39,202 bases of DNA from Firmicutes bacterium UBA3567. Lineage in GTDB: Bacteria > Bacillota > Thermosediminibacteria > Koleobacterales > UBA3567. Under the pieces are notes generated by a model. It made no database searches and had not been told where the DNA came from. It saw nothing but the letters and a program-made list of their open reading frames with translations. A program made the position numbers and the translations under genes. The stretch's first letter is position 1, and the number at the start of each line of letters is the position of its first letter. Positions 7,902-18,281 of the stretch are shown here, piece after piece. Location: contig DFNM01000225.1 of assembly GCA_002376045.1 (NCBI GenBank), positions 1-39,202 of the forward strand, written 5' to 3'.

Positions 7902-9421
7902 AAACAAAAAACTTAATGATACAGGGAACAGGGTCATCTGTGGGTAAAAGCTTAATAGTGACGGCCTTATGCCGAATATTTCATCAGGATGGATACCGCG
8001 TTGCTCCCTTTAAATCCCAGAACATGGCCCTTAATTCCTTTATTACAAAAGATGGCCTGGAAATGGGACGTGCCCAGGTGGCTCAGGCAGAAGCAGCAGG
8101 AAAGGAACCTGATGTAAACATGAACCCCATTTTATTAAAACCCACTACGGACAAAAAATGCCAGGTTATCATAAAAGGAAAAGTCTACAAAAACATGTCT
8201 GCCAGGGAGTATTTTGATTTTAAACCCCGCCTTTGCCAGATGATAAAGGATGCATACGATGAACTTGCCGGGGAAAATGACATCATAGTTATTGAGGGTG
8301 CCGGTAGTCCTGCGGAGATCAATCTAAGGGAAGGGGATATTGTCAACATGGGTATGGCCGAGATGGCGGATGCCCCTGTGATACTGGTGGGAGACATTGA
8401 TAAAGGAGGAGTTTTCGCATCTCTGGCAGGTACCATGTTGCTGTTAAAACCTTATGAAAGAAAACGAGTTAAGGGTGTTTTGATTAACAAATTCCGCGGG
8501 GATGTGGAAATCCTGAAACCCGGGATTGATGAGCTGGAGAAAATCATTAAGGTTCCCAATTTAGGAGTTGTGCCTTATCTGGATGTAAGGATTGATGATG
8601 AGGATGGCTCCCATGACAGGTTAAATATAAAGCATCAAACTGATAACAAAATTGATATAAAGGTAATAAGGCTACCTCACATATCTAACTTTACAGACTT
8701 TAATGCATTGGAATTCCAGGAAGATGTGGCTTTGAATTATGTAAGCTACTGCGATGAAATCGGGAATCCCGATGTTTTGATTATCCCTGGTTCAAAAAAC
8801 ACCATAGAAGACCTGGAGTTTATAAAAACTCGAAAAATAGACCAAAAAATATTTGAAATTTATAATAAAGGTGGAATCATCATAGGTATTTGTGGAGGCT
8901 TTCAAATGCTGGGGAATGAAATTCACGACCCCCATCATACGGAAAGTGATTTGGAATGCTGCGATGGTTTGGGGCTTCTGAATATAAAAACCATCTTTTA
9001 TGAAGATAAAGTTACAACTCAGGTAAAGGCAAAGATAAATGTTAATAATGGTCCCTTCGAAGGCCTCAAAGACATAGAAGTAGAGGGATATGAGATTCAT
9101 ATGGGAAGAACGATTATCAGTAACGATGTAATCCCTTTAACAACGGTAACGGAAAAGCTGGGAGAAAAAGTTGAAATTGGTGATGGTGCAGTAAGTCGTG
9201 ATGGCAGGGTGTTTGGAACCTATATACACGGGATCTTTGACAGCATGGTCTTTACCAGAAAGTTTTTGAACAACATCAGAAAGAAAAAGAAATGGAACCC
9301 CATAAAATCAGATATAAAATCATACAAGGAATTTAAAGAAAGGGAATATGACAGGCTGGCTGAAGTTGTTAGAAAAAGCATTGATTTGGATAGGGTTTAT
9401 AAAATAATGGGGGTTAAGTAG
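7898..9421 (+). CDS. cbiP: cobyric acid synthase
   Basis: ATGA overlap with the cbiA stop. [19 protein letters not shown], GATase [12 protein letters not shown], and TYIHGIFD. Confidence 0.95.
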   Translation: MKTKNLMIQGTGSSVGKSLIVTALCRIFHQDGYRVAPFKSQNMALNSFITKDGLEMGRAQVAQAEAAGKEPDVNMNPILLKPTTDKKCQVIIKGKVYKNMSAREYFDFKPRLCQMIKDAYDELAGENDIIVIEGAGSPAEINLREGDIVNMGMAEMADAPVILVGDIDKGGVFASLAGTMLLLKPYERKRVKGVLINKFRGDVEILKPGIDELEKIIKVPNLGVVPYLDVRIDDEDGSHDRLNIKHQTDNKIDIKVIRLPHISNFTDFNALEFQEDVALNYVSYCDEIGNPDVLIIPGSKNTIEDLEFIKTRKIDQKIFEIYNKGGIIIGICGGFQMLGNEIHDPHHTESDLECCDGLGLLNIKTIFYEDKVTTQVKAKINVNNGPFEGLKDIEVEGYEIHMGRTIISNDVIPLTTVTEKLGEKVEIGDGAVSRDGRVFGTYIHGIFDSMVFTRKFLNNIRKKKKWNPIKSDIKSYKEFKEREYDRLAEVVRKSIDLDRVYKIMGVK

Positions 9422-10369
9422 ATGGATGTGTTTTTTGCCTTTATAGCTGACCTGGTTTTGGGGGATCCCTACTCTTTTCCCCACCCTGTTAGAGGAATGG
9501 GTTGGATGATTACAAAGACTGAAGGGATTTTCAGAAAGTATTTCAAGTCACCGATAGGGTTGAAGTTTGCAGGAACCATTATGGCTGTTGCCATTCCCGG
9601 ATTGGTGTATGCAGTTACTCTATATTTGCTCAAACTGGCAAAATACATACATCCAGTTTTGTATCATGCTGTAAACATACTGTTGATCTATACTGTGTTG
9701 TCAGTCAAAAACCTGGCTCAGGAGGCTGGAAAGGTTTATGATGCATTAAAAATCAGGGATATTCCTCTGGCCAGGAAAAACCTTTCCTGTATAGTGGGTA
9801 GAGATACCCACAACCTTGATGAAAAAGAAATCACACGGGCGGCTGTGGAAACGGTGGCAGAAAACACGGTGGATGGTATCCTTTCTCCCCTTTTTTATGT
9901 TTTTCTTGGGGGTGCACCTCTGGGTATGGCCTACAAGGCCGTTAATACCCTTGATTCAATGGTGGGATACAAAAATGAAAACTACCTTCATTTCGGTTGG
10001 GCATCGGCCCGGCTGGATGATTTTGCTAATTTTATTCCTGCAAGATTAGCGGGGATACTCATACCCGTGGTATCTGCACTATTGGGATTTGATGGGATTC
10101 AATCAGTCAAAATCACTTTAAGGGATCGATACAATCACACAAGCCCCAATGCCGGGTTTCCGGAAGCGGCTGTTGCCGGGGCGCTAAAGATTCAACTTGG
10201 TGGGCCAGGTATATATTTTGGGAAAAAGGTAGAAAAACCCACCATCGGAGATCCTATTATCCCTCTTAACCCGCATCACATACATGATACTATTAAGATT
10301 ATGTATATGACAGCTTTTGTGATGCTGGTAGCAGGTTTTTTAGTCAAGTTTTTGATTGGATTGATTTAA
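9422..10369 (+). CDS. cbiB: adenosylcobinamide-phosphate synthase (CobD/CbiB family membrane protein)
   Basis: Starts the nucleotide after the cbiP stop. FPHPVRGMG motif, several TM segments, and SPNAGFPEAAVAGAL. Confidence 0.9.
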   Translation: MDVFFAFIADLVLGDPYSFPHPVRGMGWMITKTEGIFRKYFKSPIGLKFAGTIMAVAIPGLVYAVTLYLLKLAKYIHPVLYHAVNILLIYTVLSVKNLAQEAGKVYDALKIRDIPLARKNLSCIVGRDTHNLDEKEITRAAVETVAENTVDGILSPLFYVFLGGAPLGMAYKAVNTLDSMVGYKNENYLHFGWASARLDDFANFIPARLAGILIPVVSALLGFDGIQSVKITLRDRYNHTSPNAGFPEAAVAGALKIQLGGPGIYFGKKVEKPTIGDPIIPLNPHHIHDTIKIMYMTAFVMLVAGFLVKFLIGLI

Positions 10370-10390
10370 TCAAGACCTGGAGGCTACAAC

Positions 10391-11494
10391 ATGAACACAC
10401 AAAAGGATTTTACCCATGGCGGGAATATATATGAAATACAAAAACAGTTTTCCATCGAAAAGGAGAAAATTTTAGATTTCAGTGCCAACATAAATCCTCT
10501 GGGGATTTCACCCATGGTAAAAGAGGCTATTATAAACAGCATACCATTCCAGCAACATTATCCTGATCCTGATTATACAGAATTAAGAGAAAGCATTTCA
10601 GAATACATAAAAGTTAATCCCGATGATGTTGTTGTTGGCAATGGAGCAACAGAGATCATATATCTTTTTTTTAGGAGCCTTCAGCCCAGAAGGATGTTGA
10701 TTCCTGTACCCACTTTTAGTGAATATGAACGGGCAGCACGTTTGTCACATTCCAGAATAAGGTATTTTCCTTTAAAAGAAGAAAATGATTTTCATATTAA
10801 TGCAGCACAGCTTATTAAAAATTTAGCTGATGTAGATGCCCTTGTTTTGTGTAATCCCAACAACCCAACAGGTCAGGTTGTCGCAGAAGAACAATTAATG
10901 GAGGTTTTAAATTTCTGTGAAAGTCAGGATATTTGGGTGTTGTTGGATGAAGCTTTTATAGAATTTGTTGATGAAGCATCAAAGATTACGGGGATAAATC
11001 TTATTGGAAAATTCAAAAACCTCCTGGTTGTACGAGCCTTTACCAAGTTTTTTGGTATGCCGGGGATAAGACTGGGATATGGTGTTACAAAAAACTATCA
11101 GCTAATAAAAAAAATTAAGGCCTTTAAAGAACCCTGGAGTGTAAACGGGCTGGCATCAGCTGCCGGGGTTGCAGCATTGAAGGATAAAGCATACATCAAC
11201 AAAACAAGGGAAATTATTAAGAGGGAAAGAGAATACCTTTTTAGGGAACTTTCCCAAATCAAATGGCTTAATCCCATACAGACTTATACGAATTTTATTC
11301 TGATCAAAATCCTTGATGAACAGATCACTTCTACCGGCTTACGGCAGAGCTTAATACCTTATGGTGTATTGATAAGAGATGCTTCTAATTTTATTAACCT
11401 GAATGAAAAATTTGTAAGGGTTGCTGTAAAGGACAGGGAAAGCAACACAAGGCTGATATCTGTTTTGAAAGATTACAGGAGAGAAGGAATATGA
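10391..11494 (+). CDS. cobD: L-threonine-O-3-phosphate decarboxylase (PLP aminotransferase fold)
   Basis: LCNPNNPTG and the PLP-Lys region RAFTKFFGMPGIRLGY. It sits between cbiB and a GHMP kinase. Confidence 0.85.
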   Translation: MNTQKDFTHGGNIYEIQKQFSIEKEKILDFSANINPLGISPMVKEAIINSIPFQQHYPDPDYTELRESISEYIKVNPDDVVVGNGATEIIYLFFRSLQPRRMLIPVPTFSEYERAARLSHSRIRYFPLKEENDFHINAAQLIKNLADVDALVLCNPNNPTGQVVAEEQLMEVLNFCESQDIWVLLDEAFIEFVDEASKITGINLIGKFKNLLVVRAFTKFFGMPGIRLGYGVTKNYQLIKKIKAFKEPWSVNGLASAAGVAALKDKAYINKTREIIKREREYLFRELSQIKWLNPIQTYTNFILIKILDEQITSTGLRQSLIPYGVLIRDASNFINLNEKFVRVAVKDRESNTRLISVLKDYRREGI

Positions 11495-12360
11495 AGGTGA
11501 AAGCAATATGCCCCGGTTCCTGCGGGGAACTGATACAGGGGTTTATCAGGGGACGGGAACTTTTGGTATCCTATCCCATTAACCTTTTTTCTGAGGTGAC
11601 ATTAACTGAAACCTCACATGATTGTAAACACCAGGGTGCTGTAAAGGCCAGAATGGCGCTGGAGAAAAGCTTTGAGTTTTTTAATCTACCCGTTGAATAC
11701 ACTTACAACATAAAAATCCACATAAATTCTTCCATTCCTGTGGGTAAGGGGATGGCAAGCAGCACCGCTGATATCGGGGCAGTCATTAAAGCAGCAGCTT
11801 TCCTTGCTGGTAAAAGCATAACCGTTGATGAGCTTGTGGATATTGCTGTATCCATTGAACCCACAGATAGTGTACTCTTTGAGGGATTAACCCTGTTTGA
11901 CCCTCTCAATGGAGGGGTTCGAGAGCATCTGGGAGATGTACCCTCCCTGGATGTTTTGGTTTTAGAACCCGAAGAAACCCTGGATACCCTGGAGTTCAGG
12001 AAAAAGGATTATTCAGAAATTAAAAAGAAAAACCAGGGAAAAATTGAACATGCCCTGGAACTTTTGAAAGAAGGTTTAAAAACAGGAAATACTACCCTGA
12101 TTGGTAAAGCCGCTACAATTAGTTCTATTGCAAATGATGAAGTTCTAAAAAAACCAAACCTAAAAGCAATTATAGACTGTGCAGTAAAAGCCGGAGCAGT
12201 GGGTGTGAATGTGGCTCACAGCGGAACAGTGATTGGGATTCTCATAGATAGGGCTTATACAACACCCGATAAAGTAAAAGCATCTTTAATAAAAAAAGCT
12301 TTGCTGAAACCCTTTAAAAAGATATACAGCTGTAAGATGTTTAGAGGGAGGTTGGGATAA
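11491..12360 (+). CDS. pduX: GHMP-family kinase, probable L-threonine kinase (PduX-like)
   Basis: ATGA overlap with cobD. GHMP motif II PVGKGMASSTADIGA. Its position next to cobD fits supply of threonine phosphate. Confidence 0.65.
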   Translation: MKVKAICPGSCGELIQGFIRGRELLVSYPINLFSEVTLTETSHDCKHQGAVKARMALEKSFEFFNLPVEYTYNIKIHINSSIPVGKGMASSTADIGAVIKAAAFLAGKSITVDELVDIAVSIEPTDSVLFEGLTLFDPLNGGVREHLGDVPSLDVLVLEPEETLDTLEFRKKDYSEIKKKNQGKIEHALELLKEGLKTGNTTLIGKAATISSIANDEVLKKPNLKAIIDCAVKAGAVGVNVAHSGTVIGILIDRAYTTPDKVKASLIKKALLKPFKKIYSCKMFRGRLG

Positions 12361-12728
12361 TGAAACAGGGATTTTTAATTTTAGCCCATGGAAGCCGGGC
12401 AAAGGAAGCGGAAACAACATTAAGCAGGGTTGTGGAAAAAATGAGAAAAGTAATGGGTAGTGAGTTTGTAGAGAAAGCGAACATGGAACTGTCAGGACCC
12501 GATATTTTTGAAGGGATTGAAAACCTTGTGCAAAAAGGTGTAAGCCAGGTAGTGGTTGTTCCTATGTTTCTCTTTGAAGGCCATCACATACAGCATGATA
12601 TACCCCGACTTATTCAAGAAGCCGAGGAAAAATTTTCACAAATTGATATCAAGATGGCAAGACACATCGATGCCGATGACAGACTAGTTCAAATCCTGGT
12701 GGATAGAGCCCGGGAGGCGTTGAATTGA
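12360..12728 (+). CDS. cbiX: short single-domain sirohydrochlorin cobaltochelatase (CbiX-S type, class II)
   Basis: 122 aa. ILAHGSRAKEA and PMFLFEGHHIQHDIP carry the conserved His residues of the CbiX/SirB fold. TAATG overlap with pduX. Confidence 0.8.
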   Translation: MKQGFLILAHGSRAKEAETTLSRVVEKMRKVMGSEFVEKANMELSGPDIFEGIENLVQKGVSQVVVVPMFLFEGHHIQHDIPRLIQEAEEKFSQIDIKMARHIDADDRLVQILVDRAREALN

Positions 12729-13357
12729 TGGAATTTTTTCTTCAAAATCCAGGGGAAATCGAAAAAAGGAGTTTTGAAATCATTACCAAAGAACTGGGAA
12801 ACATGAAATTTAAAACCTCCATTCATGAGCATATTGTAAAAAGGGTGATCCATACCACAGCTGATTTCAGTTTTGCAGAGATTTTAGAGATAAGTGGTGA
12901 AGCAGTAGAAAAAGGTGTTGATTCCCTTAAAAAAGGTGCAGGGATAGTTACGGATACAAACATGGCCAAAGCGGGAATCAACAAAAGGCTTGTTAAAAAA
13001 CTTGGTGGTAGTGTAGCTTGTTATGTCGCCCATGAGGATGTAGCCGAAACTGCAAGGCGAAAGGGAATCACACGCTCAATGGCTGCTATAGAAAAAGCTA
13101 TACAGGAGCCAAACAATAAAATATTTGTAATTGGAAATGCTCCTACCGCTTTGTTCTGGTTGAAAAAACAGATAGAAGAGAACAAAGTCAAACCTGACCT
13201 GATTATCGGTGTTCCTGTGGGCTTCGTCGGTGCTGCAGAATCAAAAGAAGCTATAAAACATACAGGTATTCCTTACATCATAACCCGGGGACGTAAGGGT
13301 GGAAGCAATGTTGCAGCAGCTATAGTAAATGCTCTTTTGTATTGCACTGATCCCTGA
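12728..13357 (+). CDS. cbiC: cobalt-precorrin-8 methylmutase
   Basis: ATG at 12728 shares one nt (A12728) with the cbiX stop TGA (TGATG). RVIHTTADF, VIGNAPTAL, VGFVGAAESK. Confidence 0.9.
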   Translation: MEFFLQNPGEIEKRSFEIITKELGNMKFKTSIHEHIVKRVIHTTADFSFAEILEISGEAVEKGVDSLKKGAGIVTDTNMAKAGINKRLVKKLGGSVACYVAHEDVAETARRKGITRSMAAIEKAIQEPNNKIFVIGNAPTALFWLKKQIEENKVKPDLIIGVPVGFVGAAESKEAIKHTGIPYIITRGRKGGSNVAAAIVNALLYCTDP

Positions 13358-13441
13358 TCGGTGAAGCATTAATTACAGTTGCGTGGAGCTTCCTTATCCA
13401 CAGAGCTCAAAAGCGAATCCCTGTAATCCAGGAGGAAAGCC

Positions 13442-14572
13442 ATGGCCCAGGATTTTAAACAACATCAGTATGTATTAAAAAACGGGAAAAAGCTAAGAAG
13501 AGGATATACTACAGGTGCATGTGCAGCCGCTGCCGCTAAAGGTGCGGTTTTAAACCTTTTGGATAAAGCTGTTTCAGAGGTTTCTGTAGAAACTCCATCC
13601 GGTATTATCGTTACAGTAAAGCTGATTAATATCCAAAAAAGGCAAAATGAATGTGAATGCGGTGTTATAAAAGATGCAGGGGATGACCCCGATGTTACCC
13701 ATGGCTTAGAAATTAGAGCAAAAGCAAAGCTACTAAACCAGCCCGAAGTCAGAGTAAAAGGTGGGAAGGGTATTGGAAAGGTTACCCAACCTGGCCTGCC
13801 TGTTCCTGTTGGTCAACCTGCTATCAATCCCGTCCCCATGCAGATGATTAAGAGAGAGGTTAAAAAGGTATTGCCGGATGGTATAGGAGCTGAAATAACA
13901 ATATCTGTACCCGGTGGTGAAGAGGTGGCTAAAAAAACCTTCAATCCCAGATTGGGCATAGAGGGCGGGATTTCAATCATCGGGACAACGGGTATTGTGG
14001 AACCCATGTCAGAAGAAGCTTTAAAATCTTCATTAAGCATGACCCTGGATGTGATGAAAGCCAGAAAAATTGATAGAGTCGTGCTGGTGTTTGGCAATTA
14101 TGGAAGGGATTTTGCCACGAAGACACTAAAAATCCATGAAAACTACATAGCCAAAACCAGTAATTTTGTAGGATTTATGCTGGATGAGTGTGGAAAAAAA
14201 GGATTTAACAAAATCCTGCTCATCGGTCATCTTGGGAAGATCGTTAAAGTTGCCGGAGGTATTTTTGAAACCCACAGCAAAAAGGCGGATGCACGAATGG
14301 AAATTTTGTGCGCACATCTGGCCTTAATGGGGTGCAGGCAAAAAATCATACAGCAGATAATGAAATGCAACACAACAGAAGGAGCGGCCCAACTCATTTT
14401 AGAATCAAACATGCAGGAAGTTTTCAACAGCATTTGTGAAGCTGTGGTAAGGCGGCTCAGGGACAGGTTTGAAAAGAGTATCGAACTGGGGTGTATGGCG
14501 TTTTCGATGAAACATGGCCTTTTAGGTAAAGCTTTAGACAATAAGGAATTGCTGGAGGAGTTTAAAAAATGA
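13442..14572 (+). CDS. cbiD: cobalt-precorrin-5B (C1)-methyltransferase
   Basis: AGGAGG RBS. LRRGYTTGACAAAAAKGA and GTTGIVEPMSEEA. Confidence 0.9.
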   Translation: MAQDFKQHQYVLKNGKKLRRGYTTGACAAAAAKGAVLNLLDKAVSEVSVETPSGIIVTVKLINIQKRQNECECGVIKDAGDDPDVTHGLEIRAKAKLLNQPEVRVKGGKGIGKVTQPGLPVPVGQPAINPVPMQMIKREVKKVLPDGIGAEITISVPGGEEVAKKTFNPRLGIEGGISIIGTTGIVEPMSEEALKSSLSMTLDVMKARKIDRVVLVFGNYGRDFATKTLKIHENYIAKTSNFVGFMLDECGKKGFNKILLIGHLGKIVKVAGGIFETHSKKADARMEILCAHLALMGCRQKIIQQIMKCNTTEGAAQLILESNMQEVFNSICEAVVRRLRDRFEKSIELGCMAFSMKHGLLGKALDNKELLEEFKK

Positions 14573-15204
14573 GCAGGGTTGTAATAGTTGGAATGGGGCC
14601 GGGCAACCTAAAATACCTTCCCCCAATAGCCTTTGAAGCTGTTGAAAAATGTAAGGTTGTAATTGGGGGAAAGAGGCACCTTTCTCAACTAGATATAAAG
14701 GATAAAGAAGTTTATTCTATAACTGGTGATCTGAGAAGAGTTGTTGGGATCATAAAACACCATACAGGGCAAAAAGTTGATGTTTGCGTGCTGGCTTCTG
14801 GAGATCCGGGTCTCTTTGGAGTTATGTCATATCTTTTAAAACACCTTTCTAAACAAAAAATAGAAGTAATTCCCGGTATCAGTTCGATGCAGTACATGTT
14901 TGCCAGGATGAAAATCCCATGGCATGATGTGTACATAACAAGCTTTCATGGTCGGGAAATAGATTTAAAAAAGCTTTTAAAACACCACAGCAAAATAGCT
15001 TTATTTACTGATACAAAAAATTCTCCCAATAAAATTGCCCGGGAACTGGTGAAACTGGGTCTAGAAAATGTAAAAATTTGTGTAGGAGAAAACCTATCCT
15101 ATCCGAATGAGCGGATTGTGGAAGGTTGTCCCCGGGAAATAGCTGAAATGGACGACTTTAAAATGAGTGTGATGGTGATACAAAATGAAAGAAAAAATTT
15201 TTGA
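14569..15204 (+). CDS. cbiE: cobalt-precorrin-7 (C5)-methyltransferase
   Basis: ATGA overlap with cbiD. Tetrapyrrole methylase motifs VIVGMGPGN and LASGDPGLFG. Confidence 0.85.
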   Translation: MSRVVIVGMGPGNLKYLPPIAFEAVEKCKVVIGGKRHLSQLDIKDKEVYSITGDLRRVVGIIKHHTGQKVDVCVLASGDPGLFGVMSYLLKHLSKQKIEVIPGISSMQYMFARMKIPWHDVYITSFHGREIDLKKLLKHHSKIALFTDTKNSPNKIARELVKLGLENVKICVGENLSYPNERIVEGCPREIAEMDDFKMSVMVIQNERKNF

Positions 15205-15787
15205 GGTTCCCGGAATTCCTGATGAATATTTTGATCGAGGGAACCTGCCCATGACTAAGGAAGAGGTAAGGTGTATAACGATATCAAAATTAAGATTAAG
15301 CCAGGATAGCATCGTGTATGATGTTGGTGCTGGAACGGGAACAGTTTCCATTGAAGCAGGCCTTATTGTGCAAAAAGGTAAAGTTTATTCGATTGAGAAA
15401 ACGGAAGAGGGCTGTGAGCTGATTCAAAAAAATGCACAGAAATTAAGGCTGCATAACATCGAAATCATAAAGGGAGAAGCACCTGAAGTTTTAAAGCCCC
15501 TTCCTGCTCCCCATCGAGTATTTATAGGAGGAAGCGGTGGCAGGCTGAAAGAAATCCTTAAAGTATGCCATCAAAAGCTTAGAAAAAAAGGCATCGTAGT
15601 AATTAACTGCATTACCATTGAGACATTAACAACGGGTGTTCAGATATTGAAGGAAAAAGGATATTCAGTAGAAATAGTAAACATTGCCATTTCCAAAGGA
15701 GAAAAAGCTGGAAAGGTAACAATGATGAAAGGTTTAAATCCTGTTTTTATCATCAGTGCACGAAAGGGCGGTATAAATAATGACTAA
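15185..15787 (+). CDS. cbiT: cobalt-precorrin-6B (C15)-methyltransferase, decarboxylating
   Basis: PMTKEEVR and the SAM-binding DVGAGTGTVSIEA. 20-nt overlap with cbiE. Confidence 0.85.
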   Translation: MKEKIFEVPGIPDEYFDRGNLPMTKEEVRCITISKLRLSQDSIVYDVGAGTGTVSIEAGLIVQKGKVYSIEKTEEGCELIQKNAQKLRLHNIEIIKGEAPEVLKPLPAPHRVFIGGSGGRLKEILKVCHQKLRKKGIVVINCITIETLTTGVQILKEKGYSVEIVNIAISKGEKAGKVTMMKGLNPVFIISARKGGINND

Positions 15788-16478
15788 ATTTTACGGAATT
15801 GGAGTTGGCCCGGGAGATCCAGAACTCCTCACTCTAAAGGCAGCAGAAACCCTAAGAAAGCTGGATGTGGTAATAGCCCCTGAAAAATCTAAAGGCAGGG
15901 GTAGTGCAGCGCTAAAAATAGCTAAAAGATATCTGAAACTTGATGCAAAAGTTTTGAGAATGGTCTTCCCTATGGTTGAAGACCGGGTATTGCTTGAAAA
16001 AAGCTGGAAAAAGTGTGTTGAGGCCATTGAGCTTGAAATCCAAAAAGGGAATAATGTCGGTTTTATTACCCTGGGTGATCCCATGATTTACAGCACTTAT
16101 ACGTATGTATTTAAAATGCTTCAAGAAAGGGGAATAAGCATAGAGACCATCCCGGGGGTAGCTTCTTTTTGCGCCTGTGCTGCAAAGGCCGGGAAACCCC
16201 TTGCTCAGGGCCGGGAAAACCTGGTTGTTGTTCCCGGGGTAAAGAATAAGGAAGAACTTGAAAAACTGCTGGATAATTTTAAAAATGTGGTAGTGATGAA
16301 AGCAGGTTGCCACCTTGATAAAACCATTAAGCTTCTTGAAGCAAAAGGCTTTTCAGATTTAACACTGGTAAGCCAGTGTGGTTTTGATGAGGAAAAGGTT
16401 TATCCTGATTTAAGAGATTTACAGAACAAAAAAGTCCACTACCTTTCCATGATAATCGCTAAAAAGGGTGATGAATAA
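15780..16478 (+). CDS. cbiL: cobalt-precorrin-2 (C20)-methyltransferase
   Basis: FYGIGVGPGDPELLTLKA and TLGDPMIYST. Confidence 0.85.
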   Translation: MTKFYGIGVGPGDPELLTLKAAETLRKLDVVIAPEKSKGRGSAALKIAKRYLKLDAKVLRMVFPMVEDRVLLEKSWKKCVEAIELEIQKGNNVGFITLGDPMIYSTYTYVFKMLQERGISIETIPGVASFCACAAKAGKPLAQGRENLVVVPGVKNKEELEKLLDNFKNVVVMKAGCHLDKTIKLLEAKGFSDLTLVSQCGFDEEKVYPDLRDLQNKKVHYLSMIIAKKGDE

Positions 16479-16479
16479 C

Positions 16480-17235
16480 ATGAAAGTATACTTTGTAGGA
16501 GCAGGCCCTGGAGATGTAGAGCTTATCACAGTAAAAGGCAAAAAACTCCTTGAAGAAGCCGATGTGGTGGTGTATGCAGGCTCCCTTGTCAATAGAGAAT
16601 TACTAAGGTTTTGTAAAGATGACGCCGAAATTTACGACAGCTCGAAAATGCACCTGGATGAAATTATCAAAACAATGGTTGAAGCATCAAAAAAGGGTAA
16701 AAAAGTGGTCAGGCTTCATACGGGAGACCCAACCATATATGGAGCGATCAGAGAGCAGATTGACAGGCTGCACAGAGAAAACATTCAATGTGAAATCGTT
16801 CCAGGAGTCAGTTCCTTTACCGCAGCAGCTGCCGCGTTGGAGAAGGAGTTTACACTGCCTGATGTTTCGCAAACGGTGATTCTGACAAGGATTGAAGGAC
16901 GAACCCCGGTACCGGAAAGGGAGAGGCTGCATAAACTCGCCCAACACAGAGCGTCTATGGCCATTTTCCTTTCTGTACACAAAATTGAGGAAGTTGTAGA
17001 AGAACTAAAGAAGGGATATAATGAAGATACTCCCGTTGTCGTGGTCCAGAAGGCTTCATGGAAGGAAGAAGTTGTTGTACCAGGCAGCTTAAAAGACATC
17101 TCAAAAAAAGTGAAGGAAAAGAACATTACCAAAACGGCAATCATTCTGGTTGGTGATTTTTTGGGAAACAAATATGGCTTTTCAAAGCTTTATAATAAAA
17201 ACTTTTCCCACGGATTTCGGGAGGCCCAAAAATGA
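16480..17235 (+). CDS. cbiF: cobalt-precorrin-4 (C11)-methyltransferase
   Basis: VYFVGAGPGDVELITVKG and LHTGDPTIYGA. I prefer the ATG at 16480, just after the cbiL stop. The ORF track starts at GTG 16468. Confidence 0.9.
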   Translation: MKVYFVGAGPGDVELITVKGKKLLEEADVVVYAGSLVNRELLRFCKDDAEIYDSSKMHLDEIIKTMVEASKKGKKVVRLHTGDPTIYGAIREQIDRLHRENIQCEIVPGVSSFTAAAAALEKEFTLPDVSQTVILTRIEGRTPVPERERLHKLAQHRASMAIFLSVHKIEEVVEELKKGYNEDTPVVVVQKASWKEEVVVPGSLKDISKKVKEKNITKTAIILVGDFLGNKYGFSKLYNKNFSHGFREAQK

Positions 17236-18281
17236 AGCTGGCTATTCTAGCCCTGACCAGGGGAGGTAAAAACCTGTGTGTTAAGCTTGTTCAAAACCTC
17301 CCCTATCAAAATGTAGACTTGTTTGTATTGGAAAGATTTAAAACTGAAGAAAGAGAAAAGATTATCAAAGGAAGGTTTATGGAATTTGTCAGGAGAATTT
17401 TTTATAAATACGATGGATTTGTTTTTATAATGGCAGCAGGAATAGTAGTCAGGGCGATTTCACCTTTAATACAGGATAAAAGGACTGACCCTGCAGTCGT
17501 CGTTGTAGATGAGAAGGGGAAATATGCCATAAGCCTTCTCAGCGGTCATCTGGGTGGAGCAAATACCCTGGCAAAGATGGTGGCCGAATCAACGGGGGGA
17601 GAAGCTGTGATCACAACGGCTACCGATGTAAACAGTACTATGGCTGTGGATGTTTTGGCTAAAGAGCTGGGGTTAAGCATTGAAGACTTTGAAAACGTAA
17701 AACACATAAACAGTGCCATTGTAAATGGAGATCTGATTGGCCTTTACACAGAAATAAAAATAAACCGTAAGCTTCCTCCAAATATAAAACCCATTGGATT
17801 AAAGGATAAGCTAAAACAATTTACAGGACTGGTTCTCATATCAAACAGAACCGATCTGCCGTGTTACAACCTGCCGTCTGTTATCCTCAGGCCTAAAAAT
17901 TTAATAGCTGGAGTTGGCTGCAGAAAAGGCAAAGGGAAGGATGAAATTATCAGGGCAATAAAACAAATGCTTGCTTTAAACAACTTAAGCAATAAAAGCC
18001 TGAAAACCATAGCAACCATTGATATTAAAAAGGACGAGGCAGGAATCATTGAAGCTTCACGATATTTTAATGTTCCTCTCAAATTTTTTTCGAAACAAAA
18101 TATCAGGGTGATAGAGGAAAGCTTTAATGGTTCTTCTTTTGTAAAACAAAAGCTGGGCATAAGCTGCGTAGCGGAACCCTGTGCTTTTTTAGCTGCAGCA
18201 AAACCGTTGAAAATTTACAATAAGCAGAAGTTTGATGGAATTACCGTTGCCCTTGTTGTAGATGGGAGTGAAAATGGATGA
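17232..18281 (+). CDS. cbiG: cobalt-precorrin-5A hydrolase
   Basis: ATGA overlap with cbiF. VVVDEKGKYAISLLSGHLGGAN and the C-terminal CbiG domain IAGVGCRKG. Confidence 0.85.
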   Translation: MKLAILALTRGGKNLCVKLVQNLPYQNVDLFVLERFKTEEREKIIKGRFMEFVRRIFYKYDGFVFIMAAGIVVRAISPLIQDKRTDPAVVVVDEKGKYAISLLSGHLGGANTLAKMVAESTGGEAVITTATDVNSTMAVDVLAKELGLSIEDFENVKHINSAIVNGDLIGLYTEIKINRKLPPNIKPIGLKDKLKQFTGLVLISNRTDLPCYNLPSVILRPKNLIAGVGCRKGKGKDEIIRAIKQMLALNNLSNKSLKTIATIDIKKDEAGIIEASRYFNVPLKFFSKQNIRVIEESFNGSSFVKQKLGISCVAEPCAFLAAAKPLKIYNKQKFDGITVALVVDGSENG

